A stretch of 64,000 bases of DNA from an uncultured Clostridia bacterium. Its GTDB lineage: Bacteria; Bacillota_I; Bacilli_A; RF39; UBA660. Where the stretch lies: NCBI GenBank assembly GCA_945871105.1, contig CAMBUO010000001.1, positions 59,120 to 123,119 on the forward strand. Direction: 5' to 3'. Under the pieces are notes generated by a model that saw only the letters and a list, made by a program, of their open reading frames with translations, did no database searches and was not told the origin of the DNA. The position numbers were made by a program, and so were the translations under genes. Numbering within the stretch: position 1 is the first letter of the stretch; every line of letters begins with the position of its first letter. This document shows, one piece after another, positions 63,243 through 64,000 of the stretch.

Positions 63243-64000
63243 TTATTTATTTATACTTTCAAATTGAGAATTATATAAGTTAGCATAAAAACCTTTTTTC
63301 TTTAATAATTCTTCATGTGTTCCTTGTTCAACGATATTTCCTTCATTTAAAACTAATATTAAATCGGCATTTTTAATAGTTGATAAACGATGAGCTATAA
63401 TAAAACTTGTTCTTCCTTCGGTTAATTTATCCATCGCTTTACTTACTAATTCTTCAGTTCTTGTATCAACACTACTAGTAGCTTCATCTAAGATTAAGAA
63501 AGGTGCGTCTTTTAACATACCACGAGCAATGGTTAATAATTGTTTTTCACCAGCTGATAAAGATTCATTATCCGATAAAACGGTGTCATAGCCATGACTT
63601 AAACTTTTAATAACATGATCAAGTCCTACTAATTTAGAAACTTCTTTAATTCGTTCAAAGGAAACATTTTCTTGATTATAAACAATATTTTCTTTAACAG
63701 TTCCTTCAAATATCCAAGTATCTTGTAAGACCATAATAAATAAATCATGAATATTTTCTCTAGTTAAATCTTTTAAATTAACACCATCAATTAAAATATC
63801 TCCTGAATTAATATCATAAAATTTCATTAATAAATTAACTAAAGTTGTTTTTCCTGCACCAGTTGGACCAACAATAGCAATTTTTGATCCAGGACTGGCT
63901 TTCATAGAAAAGTCTTTAATAATAATCTTATTAGAATCATAACCAAATTTAACATGTTTAAATTCAATTTCACCATTGACTTTACTTTTATCTAAGTGTT
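63243..64000 (-). CDS. ABC exporter ATP-binding domain (gene continues beyond the right edge)
   Basis: Walker A GPTGAGKTT, signature LSAGEKQLLTIARGML, Walker B LILDEATS, H-loop IIAHRL. Reading upstream of the annotated M gives …IEFKHVKFGYDSNKIIIKDFS…, which is in frame and typical of the start of an NBD. Confidence 0.85.
   Translation of the reverse strand, partial: HLDKSKVNGEIEFKHVKFGYDSNKIIIKDFSMKASPGSKIAIVGPTGAGKTTLVNLLMKFYDINSGDILIDGVNLKDLTRENIHDLFIMVLQDTWIFEGTVKENIVYNQENVSFERIKEVSKLVGLDHVIKSLSHGYDTVLSDNESLSAGEKQLLTIARGMLKDAPFLILDEATSSVDTRTEELVSKAMDKLTEGRTSFIIAHRLSTIKNADLILVLNEGNIVEQGTHEELLKKKGFYANLYNSQFESINK

Overview
This is a 64 kb window from a very AT-rich, low-GC Firmicutes-type chromosome. 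It uses the standard code (TAA/TGA stops, TGG Trp). The organism is cell-walled, with MreC/MreD, a D-Ala-D-Ala carboxypeptidase, LtaS and a SPOR protein present. Nearly all genes sit on the minus strand, which fits a single replichore. The only plus-strand coding is the 9059-11404 block, ppa at 59150-59659 and a 28-aa peptide gene at 3425-3511.

The backbone is housekeeping: alaS, upp, mscL, holA, rpsP, lepA, hemW, ligA, pcrA, topA, pdp, a sigma factor, typA, a U32 peptidase, mreCD, radC, lysS, ppa, two P-type ATPases and an ABC exporter fragment. No rRNA, tRNA or CRISPR array was seen.

Accessory or unusual content:
1. A Type IIS restriction-modification island (AlwI/PleI-family endonuclease, tandem Dam-like double methyltransferase, S51 peptidase cargo) bracketed by direct repeats derived from the 3' end of the adjacent dacA-like gene. 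One repeat copy is a degraded pseudogene fragment.
2. A sipW/tasA (camelysin)-type secreted-fibre operon in which the SipW signal peptidase is fused to a large polytopic membrane domain. A BspA-like LRR surface protein elsewhere carries the same kind of signal peptide.
3. A HipT-like (N-terminally truncated HipA) kinase translationally coupled to a small upstream ORF, with no HipB.
4. A candidate T-box leader upstream of the kinase-alaS operon.
5. A strongly signalled 28-aa hydrophobic peptide gene with a consensus promoter and terminator.
6. A C9 homopolymer inside a small upstream ORF ahead of the LRR surface-protein gene.
7. A truncated pyrophosphatase-like paralog, an Asn-rich prion-like membrane protein with a tandem in-frame repeat, and a sigma factor with a C-terminal extension.

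All calls rest on motif recognition and reading the sequence. No database search was possible.
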